Assembly: GCA_051313645.2 (NCBI GenBank)
Contig: JBNRSN020000003.1
Span: 140,740,001-140,804,000 of the forward strand
Direction: 5' to 3'
Length of the DNA: 64,000 bases
DNA from: Centroscyllium fabricii
Taxonomy: Eukaryota
Part shown: positions 49,124 through 62,300 of the stretch, one piece after another
How positions within the stretch are numbered: the first letter of the stretch is position 1
Layout: every line of letters begins with the position of its first letter
The notes under the pieces: generated by a model
The model's database searches: none
The model's input: only the letters and a program-made list of their open reading frames with translations
What the model was told of the DNA's origin: nothing
Translations under genes and position numbers: made by a program

Positions 49124-50985
49124 TGTGTTAAGTCCGCGTTATTTAATTTCTCAATAAATACACGAGTCCAAACTTAAATAAATATGGTCTTTAGTGATCT
49201 AAGGCAGAACGTGGAACTGGGCATATCGTTCCACTCCAGAACATATATACACTAGTGGTGCACCGCGGTACTACCGTATTACGGCGCTACACAAAGTAGT
49301 GCCCAGTAAAATAACTTAAAGGTACATACAAAACATTCCTCCTGTCTTAATTCAATCGTACAAGTACGATATAAGCATGCACGGTTGCATCAACAGTTAA
49401 CTATTAATTACATACATTGTTCTGCATAAGTTAGTTCTTACTGTTACAATGATTTTCTACACAAGGGAGTATAACCGTAACTACTGTTTACAAACAGCAA
49501 TTGTGTACACGTGTTTAGTTCAGTTAAATGTTTAGTCTCTGGGGGGGTTTCCGGACTCTTAACGGATACCGTCTCTCAGTGGCCAGTGTTGCCCTGGTCA
49601 GAGGTGTCTCACGTGCCTCTTCGACATCCGATAGACAGTCCTCCATTACCTCGTCTTCTGTTGTGTTGTCCTGGGAGATCGTCCGTTCCATGGCCACCGT
49701 GGTCTGAGGTAACTCTTCAGAGGCTACCTGCCCCCACGATTTGATCTGCATGCCGCCTGATTGTCCCCTCCTGGGTGTCCACCATGTAGGATAATGGCCC
49801 TTGTCGGTCTCTGATAGTGCCGGTCTGCCATTTATCATTTCGATAGTCTCGGGCCATTACAGCTTGACCCACTTCGAAGTTCCTGGTTTCCTTGTCAGGA
49901 GCTCTGCGAAACACCCGGTTTTCCACGTCTCTTCTGAGATTGGGTTTTAACAGGTCCAGCCGGTTGTGTAGTCTCCTGTTAAAAAACAAAACTGCAGGCG
50001 CTTGGTTAGTTACTGCATGTGTTGCGTTGCGATACGCAAATAGGAAATTGTCAACTTTATGTTGTAGAGGCAACTTCCCTCCCACCATGGCCTTGATGGC
50101 CTTTTTGAACGTTTGAACAAACCTTTCGGCCAACCCATTAGTGGCAGGATGGTACGGCGCTGATGTATAATGCCGTATTCCGTTCCTTTTTAGGAACGAC
50201 TGAAACTCTTCAGACACAAATTGAGGTCCGTTGTCTGAGCAGACTTGTTCAGGGATGCCGTTCCTGGTGAACATGGTCCGGAGCACCGCCACCGTCTTTT
50301 CCGATGTGGTAGAAGCCATTTTTATCACCTCCGGCCATTTGGAATGAGCATCCACCGCTATCAAGAACATAGCGTCCATAAAGGGCCCGGCAAAATCAGT
50401 GTGAATCCTTTGCCACGGGGATGATGGCCACTCCCAAGGGTGTAGGGGTGCTTGGGGCGGTACATTTTGTACCATCTGACAACTTTGGCATTCTTTGGCT
50501 AGTTGTTCGATGTCTTTGTCGATACCTGGCCACCACACGTATGCTCTGGCTAATGACTTCATCTTGACTCCCCCCAAGTGCACTTCGTGTAAATTGGGTA
50601 ACACTTTGTGTTGCAATTTGTGTGGAATCACCACTCTGGCCCCGCACATTAGCGTACCCCGGCAGACCGACAACTGGTGTTTTCTGGTCGCATAAGCTGA
50701 CCATAGTGTTTGGTCCTCCATGGACCACTCCTTCACCGTGATGCTGTAAACTTTTGATATGGTGGTGTAATTTCCAGTCTCAAGTTCAATTTGTTGGCTG
50801 GTGACGGGCAGGTGTTCCAGCACTGCAGCATGAAAGATGTCTAAGGGGACTTGTTGTCCACTCTCTTCTGTTTGTGGCAAGGGTAAGCGAGACAGACCAT
50901 CCGCATTGCCATGTTCAATGGTGTACTGGTGTGCACCCAGGAACAATGCCCATCTCTGCAGTCTCTGAGCCGTCATTAATCTGCT
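49124..50985 (-). mobile_element. Mag-type Gypsy remnant: 3' LTR (49124-49335) plus RNase H end and integrase
   Basis: LQRWALFL, PLHPWEWP, HTDFAGP, SDNGPQF, YHPATNGLAERFVQTFK; PPT acaggaggaa. Confidence 0.9.
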
Positions 50986-51074
50986 CACCACACTGCTGCA
51001 AAACCAGCAGCCATCCTCCATTTGCCCTGGGATTTTGCTATTCAGAGCTTCCTTAAGTTCTATGAAGGTGTTTC

Positions 51075-51328
51075 TGTGATGAAATATATATACTTTCATC
51101 AGCCTGTGTTTCTACCTTAGACTTAGCTTGTGCGTGTATGTACCGCCTACTTTTCTATTGTATGTATTGGGCTCCGCCCCCTGTCTTTTGCCATATAAAG
51201 GACTCCTGAACTGTATGAGTCATTTGACCTGGAGAACTCACTGTGGAATCATGTACCACAGTTCTTAGCTATTAAAAGCCTACCTTTGAGTCCTTAAACC
51301 TCTCGTTCGTGTTATTGATGGCCCATCG
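51075..51328 (+). mobile_element. Solo LTR related to element A
   Basis: tgtgatgaaat start, ttagctattaaaagcc motif, TSD gtttc/ctttc. Confidence 0.85.
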
Positions 51329-51682
51329 CTTTCCACAAGAGTTTCTTGAACTAGCATCCAGTTCTTCTGTGGCTAAAGTGGCCTCCAATCCAGGCTTAGC
51401 ACCTTGTGGAGGATTGTTCCAAGGCTAATCCTGCCCTGTATGGTTTTAGACACTAAAAACATCACCGAACACATGAAGACTTTGTTAGAGTCTTTACTAC
51501 TGGGCCATATTTCACTTTTTGCCTGCTTTTATACGGAACAGCTGTGGCTATTCAAAGACGAACCAGTCTATACTGTTTCTGTCGACCAGTTGATAGATGC
51601 TGAGACCTTGTGAACTCCAGAAACAGCTTATCGGTACTATTCTTAAAAATTGATGACTGGCAACTGAAATTGATTCTTCTTA

Positions 51683-52530
51683 GAAACATAGAAGATAGGA
51701 GCAGGAGTAGGCCATTCGGCCCCTCGAGCCTGCTCCGCCATTCAATGAGATCATGGCTGATCATCCAAACTCAGTACAGGTTGAACTTCGTTGATCCGGC
51801 AGGGTCGGGACCAGGCCCATGCCGGAATACTGAAAAACCTGAACGAATTAAGCTGTCCCGAGCGCATGCACGGACCATTCAAAATGGCCGCACGCATGCG
51901 CAGAACATTCGAAATGGCTGCAGCACGCGCAGACCAGTGCAGATGGCCGCAGCGTGCGGGTGGAGGCAGAGCACAGGGCGATTTCCGGGTGGAGCAGTAC
52001 AACTCCCCGCGGCTTGCAGGTGGAACAGAGCAGAGTACAGGGGGGGCACTCTGCAAGATGGAGCTCTGTAGCTCGCCGGTGAGGCCACAGCGGATTGGAG
52101 CACTCGATGGGGACACGCCCCAGAAGGTCAGGCATGGTTCTGGACACGCCCCAGAAGGTCGGGTGCTGCTGAAGCCACGCTGTCGGGACACGCCCCAGAA
52201 GTTCGGGTGCAGCTGAAGCCACGCCGTCGGGACCAGTGCGCATTCGGGAAAGGCCCCGGGAGGGAGCCCGGTCCAACACTTCACGGGGCCGAGCTTCATG
52301 TCAGGTACGGGGGTTTTTTGTAAAGCAAAGGAAGCGTCGAAGAGCGCCACTGCGCATGCGCAGGCCAGTCGGGGATTGCAGACGGTGAGGAGCACCACTG
52401 CGCATGCGCCGACCACTCGGGGATATCTGTGCCGGACGTCTGAAGCTGCCGTTTTTTTGGGTGCCGGGTCAATGAAGTTCAACCTATACCCTGTCCCTGC
52501 CTTCTCCCCATATCCCTTGATCTTCTTTCG
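51683..52530 (-). mobile_element. CR1/SINE 3' tail interrupted by a MITE
   Basis: CR1 3' UTR halves at 51683-51776 and 52487-52530. Confidence 0.8.
51777..52486. mobile_element. Tigger/pogo-like MITE
   Basis: 25-bp TIR caggttgaacttcgttgatccggca (3 mismatches) with TA TSD. Confidence 0.9.
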
Positions 52531-52950
52531 TATGGTAACTGAAATTGATTAAAGTTATGCAACATCTAAGGTAATGTACTTTAAACTTTAAAGTTACAAT
52601 CCGATAAAAATAATAGGAGGTCATTTTATGACCAAGTTCCTGCGGAGGACCCCTACCCACTGGCAGTGCAAATGCATTCTGGCTGGCAAATTGTGCACGG
52701 TGTGCACTCAAAATTCCAATTTATGTTGCTGGTGTGAGAGGCTCCCTGCTGTTAGGAGTCTTAAAATTACCCCCATAATGTACAAACTACAAAAATGTGC
52801 CTTCCCAAAGTTCAGCAGCCAGTGTTGACAAAAACTAAGCGATGTAAACGAATTGACATATCTTCAGCACATAAAGCATTTCTGATTTTTCTGTAGTTTT
52901 TTTTACTGTGGCAAATATTGTTCCCAATACTGAACAGAATTACTGTGGTA

Positions 52951-53411
52951 TTTTTTTATTCATTGATGGGATGTGGGCGTCGCTGGCTGGCTAGGCCTGC
53001 ATTTAGTGCCCAACGCTAATTGCCCTTGAGAAGATGGTGGTGAGCCGCCTTCTTGAACCGCTGCAGTCTTACTGTTTATCGTAGCGGTTGTTTAAAACTG
53101 AGTGGCTTGCTAGGCCATTTCAGAGGGCATTAAGAGTCAACCACATTGCTGTGGGTCTGGAGTCACATGTAGGCCAGACAAGGACGGCAGATTTCCTTCC
53201 GTAAAGGACACTAGTGAACCACATGGGTTTTTGCAACAATGGTATCATGGTCGCCATTACTAAGACGAACATTTAATTCCAGAATTAAATTGAATTGAAT
53301 TTAAATTCCACCAGCTGCCGTGGTGGGATTTGAACCCATATCCTCAGAGTATTTGACTGAGCCTCTGGCTTACTAGTCTAGTGACATAACCACTGCGCCA
53401 CCACCTCCCCC
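52951..53411 (-). mobile_element. SINE made of the 5' ~350 nt and 3' ~120 nt of the LINE at 4444-7750
   Basis: Reverse complement matches 4444-4800 joined directly to 7628-7745. Confidence 0.93.
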
Positions 53412-54351
53412 TTGTATTGCAGACATTGAACAGACATACTTACTACTTTTTCAAGCATTCTTTTACACTTACGACCTCAGGTTGCAGTGAAAATAACCAC
53501 ATGATGTAGGTGGATTTTACAATACAAGTTGAGATATTTCAGTTGCTTGTAGTATTTTTCCTGGATGATGTTATTAAAAGATGTTTATATTTCTCACATA
53601 TCTCCAATGTCTTCTTTTCCACCCCATACCAGTTTTTCCAAACACAATTCAGATAGTGGCCTATAAATTCGGCCATTCAGCACCCATTGTTTTGGATGCT
53701 AACTGACCTCCTAAGCTCCCCATATTGAAAAAGGGGAAAAAAAGCATATGCAAATAAGTGCCAGCTGCACTCAGGGAAACAAGACCATGGGATTGCGTGT
53801 GACCTACAAGGTACATTTTTCACATTTACTTACCTAAATGTGGAGCCCAGGGGGGCAGGAGTGTGCCTCCCGACTCCACATTTAAAGAAAGCTACCTACC
53901 GCTCCCAATCTACCCCCTCCGATTGCCCCACGCCTGATGCCCGGCCTCCTTTCCCCAGACCCGGCGATACCTGGCCCCGATCCTGCAATGATTCTTGCAT
54001 TGTTAATTTTACGTGTTTATATCATATAGGTCCCCAAAATCATTAATATATCCACCTAGAGGGCATCAATTTGTTGAAAACAAATGTAACTTCCTCCAAA
54101 TAAATGCTGCACTTGCATCCATATCCAATTAGTGATTTCAGAATAATGTACTAATGTGATGCTAAGCTTTGTTGCACATAATCCAGTGTGCATCACTGTT
54201 TGTCATTTGTGTATTTGCTTGAGACTTCCACATACAACAGAATCATACATGCATTCATTTTACAAACATACGAATTAGGGGCAGGAGTAGCCCACTCGGC
54301 CCCTCGAACCTGCTCTGCCATTCAGTAAGATAATGGCTGATCTGATTATTT

Positions 54352-54975
54352 AATTCAATTCAATTCAAGTTTTATTGTCATTGCAGAGTACAAGTACAAT
54401 ACAACGAAACGAAGACTCGCCGCTCCCGAGAGTAGTGCAAATAAGTTACATACAATTGCAAAGTGTAAAGTACATTTCAGGTGTACATAGAATCATAGAA
54501 TCCATACAGTGCAGATAGAGGCCATTTCGGCCCATCGAGCCTGCACCGACACATATCCCACCCTATACCCGTAACCCCACCTATTTAATCCTCCGAACAC
54601 TAAGGGTCAATTTATCCCGGCCAATCAACCTAACCCGCACATCTTTGGACTGTGGGAGGAAACCGGACCACCCGGTGGAAACCCACGCAGACACGGGGAG
54701 AATGTGCAAACTCCACACAGATAGTCACCCAAGGCCGGATTTGAACCCGGGCCCCTAGCGCTGTGAGACAACAGTGCTAACCACTATGCCACCGTGCCAG
54801 CCCGCAGATACTGGAATTTTTTGTTAGAGTTCAGGAGACTGACAGCCCTGGGGAAGAAGCTGTTCTTGAATCTGGTCGTGCGGGTGCAGATTGATCTGTA
54901 GCGTCTCCCGGAGGGCAGGGGGGCGAACAGACTGTGGCTGGGGTGTGTGGGGTCTCCGTAGGCAATGTTTGAGGT
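54352..54975 (-). mobile_element. Rex1/Babar-like LINE 3' end interrupted by a SINE
   Basis: RTTRFKNSFFPRAV and (attga)n tail; sister copy at 58495-58810. Confidence 0.75.
54486..54803 (-). mobile_element. V-SINE (HE1-like)
   Basis: tRNA head, V-domain and (gattctat)n tail. Confidence 0.9.
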
Positions 54976-55829
54976 AGGTGCATTCGATTGAATTGAATTG
55001 AATTGAATGTTTCAGAGTGTGTGCCACCTAACTATTTAGAATTTCCAGCATGCTTAAACTTAATTAGCTCACCCCACCCGCCCCTCCGATAACTGGCTAA
55101 ATTTATGATCCTAATCCATCAATGTAAATGAATTGCTGCTGTATTGAATGTTTGTTAGAATTTGTGAACTGACATTGATGCAACTCAAATATGGTTTGAC
55201 AACTAGATCATTATTTACCTCAAGGCAGTAAAGAAATAATCCAAAAACCTGTGGAATTGTTAACCAGTTTAAAAAGGACAGTATGACAAAGCAGTGTTTA
55301 TGCATATGCTTTATATTATCAACCACTTACATTTGTATAGCACTCTGGGCGCAAAATAAGGATCCATCGCACCCGTTTTTTGGGCGCTACGAGTGCCCTT
55401 AGAGGTCCAAAATGGCATCCGCAGCACGTGTGCACACTTTTGGTGCAAGTCGCACGGACGCAATATTGGTGAGGGCGTTCGCGCATGTTCAGTGCAAAGT
55501 ATGCAGAGTAAGCAGATCGTGACGTCACATTGATTTGACGAAAGCGCTGCCATTTTGGAGCTCTAGCTAATGCCCTCTCTTAAACTCGCACAGCTGAACA
55601 CGTGTTCAGCAGCAGGAAGGACCCATCACCAGCGCTATTTAGAGGAATCATCAACTTCTTTCAGGCTGGTTGCTAATTGATTTCTACTGGCTTTTGCTGC
55701 AATTATACAAGTTTTCGGTGCTTTCTAGAGTTCTTTAAAGTTGCTAAAGTCTACAGGGAGTGACGTGGCAGATGCTGAAGGACTCTGTCCTGACTTCAAG
55801 GACTCTGCACAGACCACTTGCTCCAAGAC

Positions 55830-57205
55830 ATGGGTGCAGTAGTCAGCATTCCACTTGACCTACAGCATGATAGGGAGAATGAGTAGAGGTGACACAGAGC
55901 AGGGCAAGCTCCTGGCAGAGGGAGGATGAGGAGGGGGAGAAGGGCTCTCAGCAGGGTGTTCAGGGAGCACGTCTCCTACCTGACCCTCAGCGACATCTAC
56001 GCTTCACTAAGGACGTCCTCACTGAAATCTACCACCTGTTGCAGTCATAACTGCAACCTCAGAGTAGGGCGAGGACCACATTGCCAGTGGCTGTGAAGGT
56101 GACCGTGGCCATGAATTTTTATGCGTCTGCCTCCTTCCAGGTTGTTGCTGGAGGTATTTGCAACATCTCGCAGCTTGCAGTTCACTGTTGCGTAAGAGAG
56201 GTAACTGAGGCTCTCTATTCCAAGAGAGCTGAATACATTTCATTCTCTGTAGTCAGAGAGCAGCAGGCGGACCGAGCACACGGCTTTGTGAGAATTGCAG
56301 GCTTCCCCATGGTGCAGAGTGCCATTGACTCCACACACTTAGTTTTGCGGGCGGCGCCTGTCAACTCTGAGATATACCGCTACCGAAAGGGAGTCCACTC
56401 CCTCAACATCCAGCTGATGTGCGACCATACGCAGTGCATCATGTAGGTTAATGCCCGGTACCTTGGCAGCAGTCATGATGCCTTCATTACGCAGCTGTCT
56501 GCTGTGCCATCTGCATTTGAGCCACCATGACAAACTAAAGGGTGGTGTAATGAAATCTGTTGTCTGTATGTATTCGTTGGCACTCATGTATATTACCCTC
56601 CCCCACTGTGTATAGTTTCACTTCCTGTTTCCTGACTAAACCTGGGAGATTCCAGGAATTGGCTTTGGCTCCGCCCCTGGCTCACATTACATAAAGATTC
56701 AGGATCTGTATAACTCATTCCTGTGAGACAGCCATCGAGATGTGAGCTCTAATTCTTAGGCATTTAATCACTTTCTGTTTAAGTCTATAACTTCTTGTTT
56801 TGTAGTTATTGAAGGCACATCAGGTGGCTACTGGGCGACAAGAGCAATCCACTGACGACATGGCTCATGACTCCAGTTCACAATCCACAAACACGTGCAT
56901 ACAGCGAAACCCATGCTACCACACGAAACGTGATAGCGCATACCATTGGCGTGCTGAAGCAATGCTTCCGCTGCCTGGACTGCTCTGGCTGAGCCCTGCA
57001 GTACTCGGCAGGGTGGGTTTTAAGAATTGTGATGATCTGCTGCATGCTGCACAACCTTGCTATCATGAAGGCACAGCCCTTGCCACCAGCTATACAGTAA
57101 GTAGCTGAGGAGAAGGAGCAGCAGGAGGAGGAAGAGGACGGGAGGAGGCAACCTAAACAGCCCCTTTCTGCCCATGAGCAACTCATCCAAGTGCAATACC
57201 AGTAA
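55830..57205 (+). pseudogene. Harbinger/PIF (DDE_Tnp_4) transposase, split by a solo LTR
   Basis: AGFPMVQSAIDSTH, YRKGVHSLNIQLMCD, GSSHDAFI, WLLGD, IGVLKQCFRCL and CCMLHNL motifs. Confidence 0.88.
56546..56822 (+). mobile_element. Solo LTR, distant relative of element A
   Basis: TG...CA ends, 5-bp TSD GGTGG; 3' end gttattgaaggcacatca resembles the A-family U5. Confidence 0.85.
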
Positions 57206-58494
57206 ACAAAACCCAATTCACAATTCACCAACAGTCCCACTCCTTACCTTCCCTCTGTTACTGACCATCACAATGCTAAAATAAAAGCCGACACAAAATG
57301 AACATACAAAACCAAATTTATAAATCAAAGCATGCCATATTGCATATACGCATCAACGAACCATCCTTGTGCATTCCCTTGGTGCCTACCTTCCGTGTGC
57401 CTTTGCCTGTGCTACTGCTCCTACGCAGTGCTACCCCAGTGGCTGCAGCACGGCTGGTGGAAGGCTGCTGACTTTCAGTGAAGGAGAAAGGAGATAGCCT
57501 TGGAGGACGACTTCAAGAAGCTCTGGGTCTAAAAGGCCTGGCTTCTGACTGAACCATCTTGGCATGGGCGGCAGCAGTCTGGGCTGGCTGGCTGACAGGC
57601 AGCAACAAGGGCACTGGCAGAGTGGCAGTGGTGGGAGGACAAATGCTGTCATCCTGAGACAGGACAGCAGATTTGTGCTCCATGGAGCTACTGCCACTCC
57701 CCTGGGGCGACACCTCAGCAATCCTAGTAAACTGTTGGAGGACAGATTACTGAACTGTTGTGACACCCTGCAAGCCCCTTTGAACACTGGTAGCTGCAGC
57801 CATGATGGCAACAATCTGAGCTTGCAGGACAGAAGTCTAAGCTTCCACTGCAACACCCAAACGTTGGGTGGCTTCTGCTTGTGCTGCAATGGAAGCTGAG
57901 ACGTCAGCCATCAGACGCTGCATCATGCTTGATTCCACAAGTGTGCTAATGGAGTTGGCCACCACTTCCATGCTGGAAAAGATAGGCTCCAAGCTCTTTG
58001 CCAAGTTGGTGCCGGACTCCTCCATGCTCCTTGACATTGCATGCAGGCTTTCTGGCAGACCTGCCAGTGCACCAAGCAATTTATTCTGTAATCTGCCCCA
58101 TCGAAGTGCCCTCTTGCGAGCTGGCACCTGCGCTACCCTTCCCCACTGCCCTGGCTACAGGCCACTCATGTCCGGTGTCTCACCACGTGCAGCTTCCACC
58201 TCTAAACTAGCCTCTAAATGACACACAGTCAGTATCTGAGCTGGTGGCTGCGAGTGTGTAATCGACTGACAGTGTTTCTTCCTCATCATTGTCTTCTTGC
58301 TCTTCCACCTGTTGCTCTTCTGCCACTGCCTGGTCAGGTTGCAGTGTTTGGGTATCTGAAATGAGAAAGGCACAAGGGTAGGGTTGTGATGCGGGGGGAG
58401 GGATAAGTAAGAGGTGCATGCTTACACCATCTGCAGCTTGTAAATCAGAAGAAATTGTGGGATGAGGAGGAAGTGCGATGTGAGCAGAAGTATT

Positions 58495-58810
58495 CCCTAC
58501 GGAGGTCTCTAAACATTATTGAAGACCCCACACACAACAGCCACAGTCTGTTCGCCCCCCCTGCCGTCCGGGAGACGCTACAGATCAATTCGCACCCGCA
58601 CGACTAGATTCAAGAACAGCTTCTTCCCCAGGGCTGTCAGCCTCCTGAACTCTAACAAAAAACTCCAGTATCTGCACACCTGAAATGTACTTTACTGTAT
58701 GCAATTGTATGTAACTTATTTGCACTACTCTCGGGAGCAGCGAATCTTCGTTTCGTTGTATTGTACCTGTACTCTGCAATGACAATAAAACTTCAATTGA
58801 ATTGAATTGA
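58495..58810 (+). mobile_element. Rex1/Babar-like LINE 3' end
   Basis: LPSGRRYRSIRTRTTRFKNSFFPRAVSLLN and (aattg)n tail. Confidence 0.75.
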
Positions 58811-59321
58811 TTAGGTATGAGGATATCGTCATCTTCTTTGGTTTCAGCCCCGCCGCTGGCCACGGCCTCAGCAAAGGCCGCTTCAATGATGGCGAGCACC
58901 GTCGTCTTCATGAGGGTAAGAACATGCAGCTGCACCTCTCCCCCGCCGGTTAGCTCCTGCTGTTTCTGGTTGTTCGCCACCTCTCCCTGATCAGTGAGTG
59001 TAGTGCAATCTGTTTGGGTGATGTGCAACGTTCCCCGTAAGCTGCACTGCCCTCTGCGCAACCTGCCTCCCCCAATGCGTAGCCCATTCAAATCTTAGCT
59101 CGTGCGCTCTATTTAGAATGAAAAAGTCGGTTAGCGGCCTGCACCGGACCTTGCAGAGGACTCCGCGGCTGTGTAGCTTAGTAGGAACATTGGTGATGTC
59201 CCTGTCATGTGATGGCAGTGTGTGCAAGCTGTGAGAAGTGGGTGTGAGGCTTGCAGCAATGCTAAGTGTGTGAAGGTGAGGTGAAGCTATGAATGTTAGA
59301 TACGAGTCGCGATTGATAGAG

Positions 59322-62300
59322 TGACGTATCGTCAATTCTCTCAATAAAAGACTTAGACGAGTAGTTACCTTAACTACGGGCTTTTATTAACTAACTTTGG
59401 AGCTATACTCCGAACGAACATCCAGAACAGAATGAGGGAGCCCGGCCAGTCCTCACCTATAAAGGGCCTCACCTGGGGGGAGGAGTTAGAGGTATGGCTG
59501 ACCTGGCTCCACGACAGTGTTGCAAACATGATAACAGAACAGCCAATATTGGCGACAATATTGCAGTGGTAAAACTATGTATAATACGGTTACCACATTC
59601 ACCCCTTCTTGAAAATTTAAGTCCGGCGGGGTGAATGTAGAAAGCAGTTCACTATAAGTTTGTCCGGCGGTCGCGTCTGTCTGGAGGACTGCCGGGGCTC
59701 TGGCAGAAGTTCATTATGTTCCGTCCCGCTCGGGTCCGGTGGTGGTGACGGTGGCTCTGGTGCCGAAACTTCGGATGCTGGTGGCCTCGGTTGATCTGAG
59801 CCATCGGAATGGTGGTCGTGGGCCGGCCACGGCTGGGGCTCTGGATACCTCGGAGGCCACTGTAGATGCAGGGGGTGTTCAAAATACCGTGGCTGGGCGG
59901 GCTGCTGCCCGACCAGTGGCTCTGCTGTGGTGCTCCCGGCGGGCGCTAGGTCCCTGATGGAGACGGTGTCCTCGCGCCCGTCCGGGAACTGTACGTAGGC
60001 GTATTGGGGATTCGCATGCAGGAGCTGCACCTTGTCCACCAGGGGGTCGGTCTTGTGGCCACGGACGTGCTTTCTAAGGAAGACCAGCCCCGGTGTCGTG
60101 AGCCATGGAGGAAGAGCTGTCCCCGAAGTCGACTTCCTGGGAAAGGAAAACATCAAGTCATGAGGGGTGGCGTTAGTGGCCGTACATAAAAGAGAGCGTA
60201 TTGAATGCAGCGCGTCTGGGAGGACTGCCTGCCAATGGGCCACTGGAAGGCCTCTGGACTTCAGAGCCAGGGTGACCGCCTTCCAGATGATCCCATTCTC
60301 CCTTTCTACCTGGCCGTTCCCCCGGGGGTTATAACTGGTCGTCCTGCTCGAGGCAACCCCTTTCTGGAGCAGAAACTGACGCAGTTCGTCGCTCATGAAC
60401 GACGACCCCCGGTCGCTATGGATGTAGCTGGGGAGACCGAAAATGGCGAACAGCGTGGTGAAGTGTTTTATCACCGTTGCGCTCGTCATATCTGGGCAGG
60501 GGAAGGCGAAGGGGAAGCGGGAGAACTCATCTACGACCGTGAGGAAGTATGAGTTGCGCTCGGTGGTGGGGAGGGGGCCTTTGAAGTCCACGCTTAGACG
60601 TTCAAATGGGCGGGTGGCCTTTATGAGGTGCACCGTGTCTGGCCGGAAAAATTGGAGTTTGCACTCGGCACAAACAGGGCACTCTCGGGTCATAGCCTTG
60701 ATCTCCGTGATGGAGTAGGGGAGGCTACGGGATCTAACAAAGTGGGCGAGTCTGGTGACACCCGGGTGACAGAGGCGATCGTGGAGATCCTTCAGCCGGT
60801 CTAGCTGGGCACTGGCGCACGTTCCCCTGGACAGTGCGTCCGGGGGTTCATTGAGTTTACCTGGTCGGTAAAGAATGTCATACTCGTAAGTCGAGAGCTC
60901 GATCCGCCACCGCAGGATCTTATCATTCTTGATCTTACCCTTCTGTTTATTATTAAACATAAACGCCACCGACCGTTGGTCGGTGAGAAGGGTAAAACGC
61001 TTACCGGCCAGGTAATGACGCCAGTAGCGCACGGCCTCCACGATGGCCTGGGCCTCCTTTACCACTGCAGAGTGGCGAATTTCGGGTCCCTGTAAGGTGA
61101 GGGAGAAAAACGCTACGGGCCTGCCTGCCTGATTCAGGGTGGCGGCAAGGGCAAAGTCCGAAGCGTCACTCTCCACCTGGAAAGGGATGGATTCATCAAC
61201 GGCGTGCATGGTCGCCTTGATAATATCTTCCTTTATCCGGGCGAATGCGGTTTGGGCTTCTACCAAGAGGGGGAAGACGGCAGCCTTAAGGAGTGGTCTA
61301 GCCTTGTCCGCAAACTGTGGGACCCATTGTGCGTAATAGGAGAAAAATCCTAGGCATCTCCTCAAGGCTTTGGGGTTGTGAGGTAGGGGCAGTTCTTGTT
61401 GGGGGCGCATACGCTGTGGGTCGGGGCCGAGGACCCCATTCTCCACCACGTATCCGAGGATGGCGAGCCGGTCTGTCTTAAAGACACATTTGTCCTTGTT
61501 ATACGTAAGGTCCAGCTTTTCCGCCGTGTCAAGGAATTTGGCCAGATTGGCATTGTGGTCCTGCTGGTCATGGCCGCAGTTGGTCACGTTGTCCAGGTAA
61601 GGGAAGGTGGCCCGCAACCCGTTCTGGTCAACCATGCGGTCCATCTCCCGCTGGAATACCGACACTCCGTTGGTCACGCCGAAGGGGACCCGGAGGAAGT
61701 GGTAGAGCCGACCGTTCGCCTCGAAGGCGGTGTCGGGAGGTCGGCTTTCCGGATCAGGAGTTGGTGATACGCCGACTTAAGGTCGATCGTGGAGAACACC
61801 TTATATTGGGCGATCTGGTTGACCATGTCCGAGATGCGGGGGATGGGGTAGGCGTCGAGCCCGGTGTAGCGGTTAATAGTCTGGCTGTAGTCAATAACCA
61901 GCCGCTGTTACTCGCCAGTCTTCACCACCACTACCTGGGCCCGCCAGGGGCTGGTGCTGGCTTCAATTATCCCCTCCTTCAGCATACGCCCGACCTCCGA
62001 CCTGATAAACGTGCGATCCCCCACACTGTACCGCCGACTCTTAGTAGCAATAGGCTTGCAGTTGGGGTCGAGGTTGGCGAACAGTGAGGGGGGGTTGATT
62101 TTCAGGGTGGAGAGGCCGCAGGCCGGGCTCCGCTTTGGGAAGGGACTGTCCCGGCAACTGACGGTGAGTGGGGGCAAGGTCCCGCCGAACTCCATTGTCA
62201 CGCTCTTGAGGTGGCACTGGAAATCCAGACCTAGTAATGCTGGGGCACACAACTGCTTGAGGGTGTACAACTTAAAGTTACGGTACACACAACCCTTGAC

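Larger units (their letters stand above)
55347..59321. mobile_element. Decayed Harbinger transposon: transposase (+) and convergent Myb-type accessory ORF (-)
   Basis: HARBI1-like motifs on + at 55830-57205; spliced ORF remnants on - at 57430-59320. Confidence 0.8.

Noticed and set aside
49717-51099. 460-aa ORF as an intact domesticated integrase
   Set aside because: The N-terminus is a chance read-through from a solo LTR and flanking DNA; the element is truncated and frameshifted near its C-terminus.
51751-52482. 243-aa ORF as a transposase or novel gene
   Set aside because: It spans a GC-rich MITE and its flank and has no DDE or HTH motifs.
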